64,000 nt of DNA from Pseudomonadota bacterium (GCA_025356665.1 JANXRV010000062.1:1866-65865), one strand, 5' to 3'; positions 48,961-58,202 are shown, counted from the stretch's first letter. Notes: generated by a model from the sequence alone, not told the origin. Made by a program: numbers and translations.

Positions 48961-49257
48961 GAGCTACGCATTATAGCGACTCGCGGCATCTAAAGGTCAC
49001 GGTGTGTGTCCGGCCCGCACAAAACCGGGCGGCGGCAGGCGAGGTGCCCGCTTGAATTAGCTAAATTTATCGACATTGATTATTTAAAACCAGCTTCGGT
49101 AAGGGCTTTCCGGTTATATTTGGTGACGTTTTTGTCACATTACGCGGGAGCGTACCGGCGCCAAAGGCGGGCATGGGCAAGCGCCCGAATTTTGATGCAA
49201 ACTACACGCTGATTTAAACCGGCATCCGGCATACCGGAATTCTTCATAGGAGGACAC

Positions 49258-50115
49258 ATGAAATTCACACCATTACAGAAACTATCCGTCGCACTGTCGC
49301 TCACCGCGCTGATCATCACCGGCTGCGCCACGCAAGCGCAGACGCCCGCGGCCGCACCCATGGCGGGCAAAACCGAGGTGCTGTGGCTGGGCCAGGCGGC
49401 CTTTCGCATCAAAACACCGGGCGGCAAGATCATCGTCATCGACCCCTGGCTGACTGGCGGCCCCAAGGCGCCCGGGGCCTACAAACAAGACCTGGCCGCG
49501 CTGGGCAAGGTGGATGTCTTGCTGGTGACGCACGCGCACGTCGATCACCTCGGTGACGCGCCGGCCATCGCCAAACTCAACAACACCATCCTCTACGGCC
49601 CGGCCGACATGCTGACGCCGATGAATACGCTGGGCATCCTGCCGCCCAACCTGACGCACCGCTTCAACAAGTCGGGCAGCGTCACGCCGTCCGGCATCAA
49701 GGTGACCGCGGTCAAGGCCGAACATTCGTCCCTGCTAGTCTGGAACAACCCGGTCACCGGCAAGAACGAGTCGCACCCCGCCGGTGAAGCCATGGGTTAT
49801 ATCATCGAGATGGAAAACGGCTTCAAGATCTGGCACATGGGTGACACGGGCATGTTCCCGGACATGGAGTTCATCGCCAATTACTACAAGCCAGACCTGG
49901 TGCTCGCGCCCATTGGCGGCAACTTCACCATGGACCCGGTCGGCGCGGCCTATGTCACCAAGACCTGGATCAAGCCAAAGTTCATTACGCCCATCCACTA
50001 CAACTCCAACCCCATCGCCAAGGGCACGCTGGCCGAGTTCCAGGCGGCGATGCAGGGCGCCCCGAGTGGCATCACCGTCATGCCGATGACCGAGGGCCAG
50101 ACCCTGAGTTACTGA
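49258..50115 (+). CDS. Metal-dependent hydrolase (MBL fold, UPF0173-like) with lipoprotein-type signal
   Basis: 285 aa with LTALIITGC lipobox and VLLVTHAHVDHLGD metallo-beta-lactamase motif. AGGAGG lies upstream. Confidence 0.8.
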   Translation: MKFTPLQKLSVALSLTALIITGCATQAQTPAAAPMAGKTEVLWLGQAAFRIKTPGGKIIVIDPWLTGGPKAPGAYKQDLAALGKVDVLLVTHAHVDHLGDAPAIAKLNNTILYGPADMLTPMNTLGILPPNLTHRFNKSGSVTPSGIKVTAVKAEHSSLLVWNNPVTGKNESHPAGEAMGYIIEMENGFKIWHMGDTGMFPDMEFIANYYKPDLVLAPIGGNFTMDPVGAAYVTKTWIKPKFITPIHYNSNPIAKGTLAEFQAAMQGAPSGITVMPMTEGQTLSY

Positions 50116-50143
50116 ACCGTTTCGATCGGCACGCTGTTCGGCC

Positions 50144-50175
50144 GAAAAAAAGCCCGGAATCCCCGGGCTTTTTTA
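50144..50175. terminator. Bidirectional intrinsic terminator
   Basis: AAAAAAAGCCCGG AATCC CCGGGCTTTTTT, between the convergent MBL hydrolase and cytochrome c genes. Confidence 0.8.
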
Positions 50176-50189
50176 TTTCGTGCGACGGC

Positions 50190-50585
50190 CTACTTGAACA
50201 CCTCCCGCATGTATTCGATGAGGTCGGCGCGATCACCGGCTCCCGGCAGCCCGGCGTAAGGCATGCGGTTGGCCGGCACCACGGCCTGCGGATCGGCGAG
50301 ATACGCATCCAGGGTCTGCGCACTCCAGTTGATGTTGCTGCGTTTCATCGCCGGTGAGAAACGAAAATCACCGGCCGTTCCGGCGCGACGGCCGAACAGG
50401 CCGTGCAGCGCCGGCCCAACCTGCCCGTCGACGCCGCGCTCCACGGCGTGGCAGGCGCGGCATTCTTCGAACACTTTTCCCCCGCGCCTGGCATCACCCG
50501 CGGCCTGCGCCGCACACACCCCCGCAAGCAAACCGGCCAGCAGCAGAGCGCCTTTCACCCTTGCGCCCTTCATCTGCGCGCTCAT
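50190..50585 (-). CDS. Monohaem c-type cytochrome (class I)
   Basis: 131 aa with a signal peptide and a single CRACH haem site with a distal Met (NRMPYAG). Its start overlaps the flavoprotein stop (ATGA). Confidence 0.85.
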   Translation of the reverse strand: MSAQMKGARVKGALLLAGLLAGVCAAQAAGDARRGGKVFEECRACHAVERGVDGQVGPALHGLFGRRAGTAGDFRFSPAMKRSNINWSAQTLDAYLADPQAVVPANRMPYAGLPGAGDRADLIEYMREVFK

Positions 50586-52354
50586 GCCGACACCAGCGGG
50601 CCGGGGTTCTTGGCGTAGCGCTTGACCGCCTCGGCCGTCCAGTAGGCAAGCGCGCCCACCGGGCCGGTGGGGTTGTAGGCGGCGTTGTGCGGAAACACAT
50701 TGGCGCCGACCACGAACAGGTTGTGGCAGTCCCAGCTTTGCAGGTATTTGTTGAGCGCGCTGTTGCCCGGGTTGGTGCCCATGATGGTGCCGCCGGTGTT
50801 GTGCGTGCTCTGGTAGGGCACCACCGTCCAGGGGTCGGTGCGCGCTGTGGCCGGATTGAGGCGCGTCGGGTTCATCGACTTGGCGAGTTCATTTATCTTT
50901 TGCGCTGCGTGACGGCCCATCTTGTGCTCGTTGTCCTTGTAATCAAAGGTCATGCGCATCAGCGGCAAGCCGAAGGCGTTGCGGTAGGTCGGGTCAAGGT
51001 CGTAGTAGTTGTAGCGGTTGGCCATGACACTGCCGCTCATGCCGATCTGCATCGCCGTGTCGTACCACTTGGCGGTGGCCGCCTTCCATGCGCTGCCCCA
51101 GGCGGGCGTGCCCGCCGGTACCGGCCGGTAGCCGATGGGCAATACCGTGTTGAAACGACCGTCCATGATATAGCCGCCGACAAAGCCGGCCTTGGCCCGG
51201 TCAAATTCCGCGTTGGCGTGAAAATCATCGATGGTCATGCTCGAGCCGCCGGCGTTCATGAAGGGGTTGAAGTGCCGTCCCTCGAAAAACAATGTGGCAG
51301 CCGCGCCGGTCTGATAGCAGTAGTTTTTCCCGATCACGCCCTTTTGTGTCGCCGGGTCGTAAGGCGTGCCGATACCCGAGAGCAGCATCAGGTGCACGTT
51401 GTTTATGGCATAAGCGGTGAGCATCACCATCGAGGCGGGCTGCTCGAACTCTTCGCCGGTCAGCAGGTTCGTGTAGGTCACACCGGTGACGCGCTTGCCG
51501 CTCGCGTCCTTAAGGATTTTCGTCACCCACATATGGGTGCGCAACTCGAAGTTGGGGTTGCGCATGGCAATCGGAATCACCGTGATATGCGCGCTACCCT
51601 TGGCATTGGCCTCGCAGCCAAAGCGCTGGCAGTGACCGCAGTACTGGCAGGCGCCAAAGCGCGATCCGTCCGGGTTGGTGTAGGCGCGAGAAGCATTGGC
51701 GCTGGGACGCGGGAACGGGTGGTAGCCGTTTTTCAGCGCCGCCTCCCTGAACATTTCGTTGCATAGCAGCGGCGTCAGCGGCGGCAGCGGATAGTCGCGC
51801 GCACGCGGCGCCTCGAACGGGTTGCCCCCGGGCTGCAGCTTCCCGTTGATGTTGCCGGCCTTGCCGGATATCGCGGCGACGTATTCGAACTTATCGTAAT
51901 AAGGCTCGAGTTCGGCGTAGGTAATGCCCCAATCCTGGATGGTCATGTCCTCGGGGATGTGTTTCTTGCCGTAGCGCTCTTCGTAATGGCTGCGGATTTT
52001 AAGATCCTGGTCTGTCCAGCGCCAGGTATGACCGCTCCAGTGCACGCCCGAACCGCCCACAACGTCCCCGGGCAGGAAGGAACCGAGCCTGCGCATGGGC
52101 AGCGCCTCTTGCGAAATGTTGTTGCGCACCGTCAGCGTGTCGCGCTGCGTGTTCATCATCAGGTCCTGGCGCACGACGTAGCGCAACTCGTCGCGCACCG
52201 CCGGCACGGCAAAATCGCTTTCGGTGCTGCGCATGGCGCCACGCTCCAGGGCCACCACCTTCATGCCCGCCGCGCTCAATTCCTTGGCGAGAATACCGCC
52301 GGTCCATCCCAGACCGACAATGACGACGTCGACTTCCTTGAGTTTGGTCGCCAT
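50582..52354 (-). CDS. GMC-family FAD flavoprotein dehydrogenase, catalytic subunit (gluconate 2-dehydrogenase / FAD-GDH alpha type)
   Basis: 590 aa with FAD fold VDVVIVGLGWTGG and Cys cluster GACQYCGHCQRFGCE (the 3Fe-4S motif of this family). Confidence 0.85.
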   Translation of the reverse strand: MATKLKEVDVVIVGLGWTGGILAKELSAAGMKVVALERGAMRSTESDFAVPAVRDELRYVVRQDLMMNTQRDTLTVRNNISQEALPMRRLGSFLPGDVVGGSGVHWSGHTWRWTDQDLKIRSHYEERYGKKHIPEDMTIQDWGITYAELEPYYDKFEYVAAISGKAGNINGKLQPGGNPFEAPRARDYPLPPLTPLLCNEMFREAALKNGYHPFPRPSANASRAYTNPDGSRFGACQYCGHCQRFGCEANAKGSAHITVIPIAMRNPNFELRTHMWVTKILKDASGKRVTGVTYTNLLTGEEFEQPASMVMLTAYAINNVHLMLLSGIGTPYDPATQKGVIGKNYCYQTGAAATLFFEGRHFNPFMNAGGSSMTIDDFHANAEFDRAKAGFVGGYIMDGRFNTVLPIGYRPVPAGTPAWGSAWKAATAKWYDTAMQIGMSGSVMANRYNYYDLDPTYRNAFGLPLMRMTFDYKDNEHKMGRHAAQKINELAKSMNPTRLNPATARTDPWTVVPYQSTHNTGGTIMGTNPGNSALNKYLQSWDCHNLFVVGANVFPHNAAYNPTGPVGALAYWTAEAVKRYAKNPGPLVSA

Positions 52355-52357
52355 GGT

Positions 52358-53086
52358 TCAGCTCATGTCCGAAATGCTGACCGGATCAACGGCGTATTTC
52401 TTGTCGCGGTACTTCTCGATGTTCTGGTGATGAACTGCAATCACACCGGGAAAGCCGATCATTTTCCAGGCCGCCTTGTCGCGATTGCCGCCGTGTATCG
52501 GGTCGGCGAACATGCCTTCCATGACGTTCTGGTAGACCATGGTGAAAAACGCGCCCGCCGGCGGCCCCTTGTCGAATACCACCTTGCCCGCCTGCAGGCC
52601 GAGCAGGCATTCCTCGCGTTGCGCCGCATCGATCTTGTCGAAGCGCTTGCCCCAGGTCTTGACGCAATAAGCGTTGGCGGCGCTGATGCCGGCGCGATAA
52701 AGCTCGGCCGGCGTCAAGGGCAACTGGTAACCCTGGCTGGGCACGCCAGCCTTCCACGGACCCTGCATGTACAGGCGCTCGCCCTTGCCCCAGCCCCCGG
52801 CGAGGGCGCGGTCGATGTAGATGCTGAGCCCGAGGTCGGTGCCCTTGGGCGTGTACTGGTCGGCCGGCACCATGTGATCGACCAGGGCCTCGACAAAGGC
52901 CGCCTCGTCCGAACTGAGAAAGGAATACGCTGGACCGGTGCTGGCAGGCGCGGACGCAGGGGCGGCCGCTTTGGCAGCGACCTGCTGCGCGTCAGCGGCG
53001 TGCGGGATCGATACGGTTGCCGCGGCGGCACTGCCGGCGACGGCGCTTTTCAGAAAAGCGCGGCGATTGAACGCGTCGTTCTTCAT
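52358..53086 (-). CDS. Gluconate 2-dehydrogenase subunit 3 (gamma) family protein with Tat signal
   Basis: I trimmed to ATG 53086 (MKNDAFNRRAFLKSAVAGSAAAA). A twin-arginine motif is present. Confidence 0.8.
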   Translation of the reverse strand: MKNDAFNRRAFLKSAVAGSAAAATVSIPHAADAQQVAAKAAAPASAPASTGPAYSFLSSDEAAFVEALVDHMVPADQYTPKGTDLGLSIYIDRALAGGWGKGERLYMQGPWKAGVPSQGYQLPLTPAELYRAGISAANAYCVKTWGKRFDKIDAAQREECLLGLQAGKVVFDKGPPAGAFFTMVYQNVMEGMFADPIHGGNRDKAAWKMIGFPGVIAVHHQNIEKYRDKKYAVDPVSISDMS

Positions 53087-53279
53087 CGGTTTCTCCCCTT
53101 TTTTTACGGACCACAGTCGTTGCCACGACCGCACTTATTGTCGGTGCAGTATATGCCTGCGCAGGGTGTTTGCAACGCTGCACCGCCGTCATCGGGCGCG
53201 CGCTGCTGCGTCCGGACTGCGTGGTTATACTGCCGTGCCGGACGGGCGCGTCCGCGCATTACGCACTACAGGAGGCGGC

Positions 53280-54209
53280 ATGAAAATAGTCATGATGGGT
53301 TCGGGCGGCGTCGGCGGCTTTTTCGGCGGCCGCATGGCGCAGGCAGGCTACGACGTGAGCTTTATCGCACGCGGCGCGCATCTAGCCGCAATGCGCGATC
53401 ACGGCCTGCTCATCGAGAACGCCCCGCAGGGCAATATCCACATACCCAAGGTGCGCGTCACCGACGACCCGGCCACGCTAGGCAAGGCAGATATCGTCAT
53501 CCTGTCGGTCAAGCTTTGGGATACCGAGACAGCGGCGCGCGCGATCAAACCACTGCTCGGCCCCGACACCGGCGTGCTGTCGCTGCAAAACGGCGTGATC
53601 AAGGACGACATCATGCGGCGCGAACTGGGCGATGCCGCGGTGATGGGCGGCGTCGGCTATATCGCCTCCCACATCGCGCGCGCCGGGGTCATCCAGCAGA
53701 CCGGCACCATGCAGCGCATCGTGCAGGGCGAGTACGACGGACGCGCATCGGCACGCGCCACCTTCTTGCACGAGGCCCTGCTCAAGGCCGGCGTCAAGGC
53801 GGAGCTCTCGACCGACGTGCGCAAGTCGATCTGGGAGAAATACGTCTTCCTCGTCGGCCTGTCGGGGACCACAACGACAACGCGCCTGCCGCTCGGGCCG
53901 GTTCGCACCAACGCGCAATCGCGCAGTTTTTTGCTGCAACTGATGAGCGAGACGGTTGCGGTGGGCCGCGCCCACGGCGTGGCGCTGCCGGCGGACTTTG
54001 CCGAAAATCGCCTCGCCTTTGCCGACTCGCTGCCCGAGGACATGACCTCGTCCATGCACCACGACCTCGAGCGCGGCAATCCACTTGAGGTGAACTGGCT
54101 CTCGGGCGGCGTGGTGCAACTGGGTCGCGCCAAGGGAATACTGACCCCGGCCAACGAGGCGGTGTGCAATATCCTCGCCCTGCGCGCCGCCGGCAAGGGC
54201 ACGAAATAG
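53280..54209 (+). CDS. 2-Dehydropantoate 2-reductase family (PanE/ApbA-like) oxidoreductase
   Basis: I trimmed to ATG 53280 after AGGAGG (MKIVMMGSGGVGGFFGGRMAQAGYDVSFIARG). Confidence 0.8.
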   Translation: MKIVMMGSGGVGGFFGGRMAQAGYDVSFIARGAHLAAMRDHGLLIENAPQGNIHIPKVRVTDDPATLGKADIVILSVKLWDTETAARAIKPLLGPDTGVLSLQNGVIKDDIMRRELGDAAVMGGVGYIASHIARAGVIQQTGTMQRIVQGEYDGRASARATFLHEALLKAGVKAELSTDVRKSIWEKYVFLVGLSGTTTTTRLPLGPVRTNAQSRSFLLQLMSETVAVGRAHGVALPADFAENRLAFADSLPEDMTSSMHHDLERGNPLEVNWLSGGVVQLGRAKGILTPANEAVCNILALRAAGKGTK

Positions 54210-54210
54210 C

Positions 54211-55305
54211 ATGGCCGCCGCAACGCTGACGCTGCGCGCGGTGCGCAGCACCGCGGTCGAAGTGCCGATGACGTTTCCGCTCGGCACCAGCGCCCTGACC
54301 TTGCGCACGGCGCCGCTGCTGCTGATCGACGTCGAGACCGAGCAAGGCATCACCGGCCACGCCTACCTGTTTTGCTATGTGCCGGCGGCCGCCAAAGCGA
54401 TCGCGGTCATGCTCGACGAAGTCATGCGTTCAGTCAAAGGAGAAACGGTGGCGCCGGCCGATTTGTGGGGAAAACTCTCACGCCGCTTTCGCCTGATCGG
54501 TGTGCAAGGCATTGTGCGCATGGCCATGGCCGGCTTTGATGTCGCCTGCTGGGACGCGCTCGCCGTGGCCGCCGGAAAACCGCTCGCCGCGCTGCTCGGG
54601 GGGGCGACGCGCAGCGTCCAGGCTTACAACAGCAACGGCCTCGGCCTGATGGCGCCCGCCGCCGCGGCCGACGAGGCGGAAAAACTGCTCGCCGGAGGCT
54701 TCAAGGCGGTCAAACTACGCCTCGGCTATGCCACTCTGGAGGAAGACCTTGCGGCGGTGCGCGCGGTAAGAAAGCGCCTGCCCGATGCTGTGGCGCTGAT
54801 GACCGACTACAACCAGGCGCTCAGCACGGTCGAGGCCATCCGCCGCGGCCGCGCCCTGGATGGCGAGGGTGTCTGCTGGATTGAGGAACCGATACGCCAC
54901 GACGACTACCGCGGCTGCGCCCGCCTTGCGCGCGAACTCGCCACGCCGGTGCAGATCGGTGAAAATTTTTCGCTGAGTTACGCGATGGAGGAATCGCTCG
55001 CGGCCGGCGCCTCCGACTACGTGATGCCCGACCTCGAGCGCATCGGCGGTGTCACAGGCTGGATGCGCGCGGCTGCACTGGCCGACGCGGCCGGGATAGA
55101 AATGTCCTCTCACCTGTTTCCAGAGGTCAGCGCACACCTGCTTGCGGTGACGCCGACGCGCCACTGGCTCGAATACGTCGACTGGGCCAACGCCATCCTC
55201 GCCGAACCGCTGGCGATCAGAGACGGCATGGCCGTCATTGCCGACCGTCCCGGCAACGGCCTTAGCTGGAACGCGGACGCGGTGGCGCGCTACCGCATCG
55301 CATGA
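54211..55305 (+). CDS. Enolase-superfamily enzyme (mandelate racemase / muconate lactonizing family)
   Basis: 364 aa. FKAVKLRLG...TDYNQAL...CWIEEP...DLERIGG pattern. It starts 1 nt after the panE-like stop. Confidence 0.8.
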   Translation: MAAATLTLRAVRSTAVEVPMTFPLGTSALTLRTAPLLLIDVETEQGITGHAYLFCYVPAAAKAIAVMLDEVMRSVKGETVAPADLWGKLSRRFRLIGVQGIVRMAMAGFDVACWDALAVAAGKPLAALLGGATRSVQAYNSNGLGLMAPAAAADEAEKLLAGGFKAVKLRLGYATLEEDLAAVRAVRKRLPDAVALMTDYNQALSTVEAIRRGRALDGEGVCWIEEPIRHDDYRGCARLARELATPVQIGENFSLSYAMEESLAAGASDYVMPDLERIGGVTGWMRAAALADAAGIEMSSHLFPEVSAHLLAVTPTRHWLEYVDWANAILAEPLAIRDGMAVIADRPGNGLSWNADAVARYRIA

Positions 55306-55429
55306 GACAGCCAGGCGCAGCAAAAATCATCAACATTTAAAAATTAAAAACCGCGTTCAGCATGGCTTTCAGGTCATTTTAGGTGACAATTTTGTCATGT
55401 TTTTAATTGGAAGCGTCGATTGGCTGCGC

Positions 55430-56197
55430 CTAGTGCTCGCGCACCAGCATGCCAAAGCCCTCGATGCGGTCCTTGATGCCCAGTCGGCGCAACGCCGCCC
55501 AGTAGGTGGCGACGTTGACGCCGATCAGCGGTTTGCCGCAGCGTTTTTCGATCGCCTCGGTGATGCCGCTCACCGGCAGGTTGGTGCCAACGTGGATCAG
55601 CGCCTCGACATCGGGCGTGTTGATGGCATCAAAGGCGGCCATGATCACCTCCGGCCTGACCATCGCCACCGAAATCGGCCCGACGGTTTTCAGCCCGCTT
55701 GAATGCACCGGCTTGTAACCGGCCGAGCGGAACCAGTTGGCGATCATCTCGTCCGCGGGCGGCCAGTAGGGCGTCAGGATGCCCAGATTGCGCGGCTTGC
55801 CTATGGCCTCCAGGCCGGCAAGAAGGCTCAGCGAGGGCGTCATAAAGGGCAGCTTGCAATAATTTTCGAGGTGCTCCTTTTCAGCCATGGCACGATCGAC
55901 ATCGCCACGGAACGAATGTATCGAGTGCCCGTGCGCGACCGCCTGCGGTTCGCACAACAGCAGCGTATCGAGGGCCTCCTCGAGGTTGCCATGCTCGGTC
56001 TCGAGCGCTTGTTGGTAGTTTTTCATATCATCGTAGGGGCGAGCCGGCAGCAGCATGCGCATGACGTGGTTGCTCACCCCCGGCGGCTTGAGCGCCTCAT
56101 ATTCGGGCTGCACAATGGTATTGGTGCCGGGGACAACCACGCCGATTTTTGCGCGATAGCCCAGGGCGTCGTAGGGCAGGTATAGCTCTGCGCTCAT
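55430..56197 (-). CDS. Asp/Glu/hydantoin racemase superfamily protein (maleate isomerase / arylmalonate decarboxylase-like)
   Basis: I trimmed to ATG 56197 after AAGGAG (MSAELYLPYDALGYRAKIGVVVPGTNTIVQPEY). Confidence 0.7.
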   Translation of the reverse strand: MSAELYLPYDALGYRAKIGVVVPGTNTIVQPEYEALKPPGVSNHVMRMLLPARPYDDMKNYQQALETEHGNLEEALDTLLLCEPQAVAHGHSIHSFRGDVDRAMAEKEHLENYCKLPFMTPSLSLLAGLEAIGKPRNLGILTPYWPPADEMIANWFRSAGYKPVHSSGLKTVGPISVAMVRPEVIMAAFDAINTPDVEALIHVGTNLPVSGITEAIEKRCGKPLIGVNVATYWAALRRLGIKDRIEGFGMLVREH

Positions 56198-56290
56198 GAG
56201 CACTCCTTGATCAAGCATGAAAAAGATTCGAAAGCGTTGTTTGATACTATTTGGCGGGACGCCGTTTATCAGTCTGCCTGGGCATTATCT

Positions 56291-56385
56291 GTCATTGCGA
56301 GGAGGCAAAGCCAACGCGGCCATTTTGTGACATTGCTAGGGCGGTCACAAGTACGAGGAGATTACTTCGCTGCGCTCGCAATGAC
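56291..56385. repeat. Copy of the GTCATTGCGAG palindromic element (inverted orientation)
   Basis: GTCATTGCGAGGAGGC...CGCTGCGCTCGCAATGAC. Confidence 0.85.
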
Positions 56386-56505
56386 ATAAGTTTTTTAAAT
56401 TTTTAACCCTTCACAGATAATTGAGCCAATGGCGAACTCAAGGTATAGCACGGCGTATTCCGATTTGTAAATCCGTCCAACGCAAGCCTATCGAATCGAC
56501 GCGAC

Positions 56506-56709
56506 ATGAATGACGCCGCAGCAAAAAAACTCGACCTTGCACTAGCCGGCCGCATGGTCGAAGCCGCGCTTGGCGCGGCGCAGATCAGCGCGGATGAGCG
56601 CCAGCGGCTTGCCTGCGCCAAGGCGCTGCTGCGCCTCGAACCGGCACCAGACGCGAAGCTCAAGCCCGGCGATTTTGCCAAAGCGCTGCAGGACATCGGC
56701 CTTGGTTGA
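56506..56709 (+). CDS. Small hypothetical protein, possible GatC/AtzG-like amidase partner
   Basis: 67 aa with GC-rich third codon positions. Its stop overlaps the probable TTG start of the amidase by 8 nt. Homology is not demonstrable by eye. Confidence 0.45.
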   Translation: MNDAAAKKLDLALAGRMVEAALGAAQISADERQRLACAKALLRLEPAPDAKLKPGDFAKALQDIGLG

Positions 56710-57997
56710 GTTGCCGGCCACGCTGCTGGAACTGCGCGCGGCGATCAGCGAACGGCGCATCAGCGTTGCCGAAGCCCTGGCGGCACAGTTCGCCCGTATC
56801 GAGCCGATCAATGCGAGCAGCCATTGCGTGGTCACCGCGCTGCCCCGGCCTGACACCACAAGGGCCGGCCCGCTCGCCGGCATCGCCCTCGCCCACAAGG
56901 ATATTTTCAGCCTGCAGCGCCGCGCGCCCGGCTGCGGCGTACATAGCGGTAGGGAAGATGCGGCAAGCCGCCCCGCGGTGGTGATCGCCGCTTTGCAACA
57001 AGCCGGCGCGGCGCAATCGGCGACGCTGGTGATGGCGCCCCTTGCCTGTGGCGCCACCGGCGAGAACGCCAACAGCGCCCAGCGCGTGATCAACCCGGCC
57101 GACGCCGCTGCCGCCGTCGGCGGATCATCCAGCGGCTCGGCGGTCGCCGTGGCCGCAGGCCTCTGTTACGTTTCACTCGGCACCGACACCGCCGGTTCGG
57201 TGCGCATTCCGGCCGCCAGCTGCGGCGTAATCGGGCTCAAGACCACCGCAGGGCTGCTCGGCACCGAGGGGGTGATGCCGCTCTCACCCTCACTCGACAG
57301 CGTCGGCCTGCTCGCGCGCAACGCCGCAGATGCGGCCGCCGTGCTGCGCGTGCTGGCGCCGCAGCTGCGCGAAGCGCCCGGCGATGCGCATTGGGCGCCG
57401 CGACTGAGCGCACGCCTGTCGATCAAATCATTGGATGGCGAGGTGGCGGGCGCGCTTTCCGCCTTCTGCGAAGCCATCGGGCTTGCTCCGGGTGCCGATG
57501 CACAAGGCGAGATCGCCGCTCACGCCGAACTGACACGCCTCGCCGACACCCTGCTGCATGTCGAGGCCTCGCGCCTGCACCGCGGCGGGCTGCAGCAACA
57601 AGACCTGCCCGATGGCGCCCGCGCCGTCGCGCTGCCCGGGGTGGCCATTCCCGACGCATGGCACAACGCGGCCAAAGCCGCACGGGCGCAACACGCGCGC
57701 GATTTTGCAATGCGCTATTTCAGTGACAGCGACATCCTGCTGGTACCCGCGCTGCCCGAAGCGCTGCCCGACTGGGACGCCGTGGACACGCGCAGCACGG
57801 GTTTTGCGCCGCGCCGCCTGCTTGCACTGCATCGCTTCATGGGCTTCGTCAATTACCTCGGCTTTCCGGCGCTGGTGCTGCCGGTGGCGCAAGACCGCCG
57901 CGGCCGGCCGATCTGCATGCAAGCCCTGGCACGCCCCTTTCACGAACACACGCTGCTGCGCTTTGCCATCGACTTTACCCACGCCAGGGCACGCTGA
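56702..57997 (+). CDS. Amidase-signature family amidase
   Basis: Signature GGSSSGSAVAVAAGLCYVSLGTDTAGSVRIPAASCG, with the catalytic Lys in AHKDIF. I placed the start at TTG 56702; the upstream part of the ORF is Arg/Ser-rich and overlaps the small ORF. Confidence 0.85.
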   Translation: MVELPATLLELRAAISERRISVAEALAAQFARIEPINASSHCVVTALPRPDTTRAGPLAGIALAHKDIFSLQRRAPGCGVHSGREDAASRPAVVIAALQQAGAAQSATLVMAPLACGATGENANSAQRVINPADAAAAVGGSSSGSAVAVAAGLCYVSLGTDTAGSVRIPAASCGVIGLKTTAGLLGTEGVMPLSPSLDSVGLLARNAADAAAVLRVLAPQLREAPGDAHWAPRLSARLSIKSLDGEVAGALSAFCEAIGLAPGADAQGEIAAHAELTRLADTLLHVEASRLHRGGLQQQDLPDGARAVALPGVAIPDAWHNAAKAARAQHARDFAMRYFSDSDILLVPALPEALPDWDAVDTRSTGFAPRRLLALHRFMGFVNYLGFPALVLPVAQDRRGRPICMQALARPFHEHTLLRFAIDFTHARAR

Positions 57998-58056
57998 AGG
58001 CAAGCTCGGGGCACACTCGGGGCACAATCGGAGGCACAATCGGAGGCACAATCGGG
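57998..58056. repeat. About five units of an 11-12-bp tandem repeat directly after the amidase stop
   Basis: AGGCAAGCTCGG GGCACACTCGG GGCACAATCGGA GGCACAATCGGA GGCACAATCGGG. Confidence 0.85.
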
Positions 58057-58187
58057 GGACGCGTTTAGGGCAGGATTAGGCTGAAAGAGCCCCTAAATAA
58101 GCAGAATAGGCACAATAGTCACAATAGGCACACCCGATTGCGGTTATCGTCTGGCGCAAGACCCGCAGTTCAGTTACGGTATGCCCT

Positions 58188-58202
58188 TGGCACGCCAATT
58201 GC
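58188..58202 (+). promoter_or_regulatory. Sigma-54 (RpoN) promoter upstream of the ABC transporter operon
   Basis: TGGCACGCCAATTGC matches TGGCAC-N5-TTGC exactly, including the GG/GC spacing. It lies 183 nt upstream of the binding-protein ATG. Confidence 0.7.
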
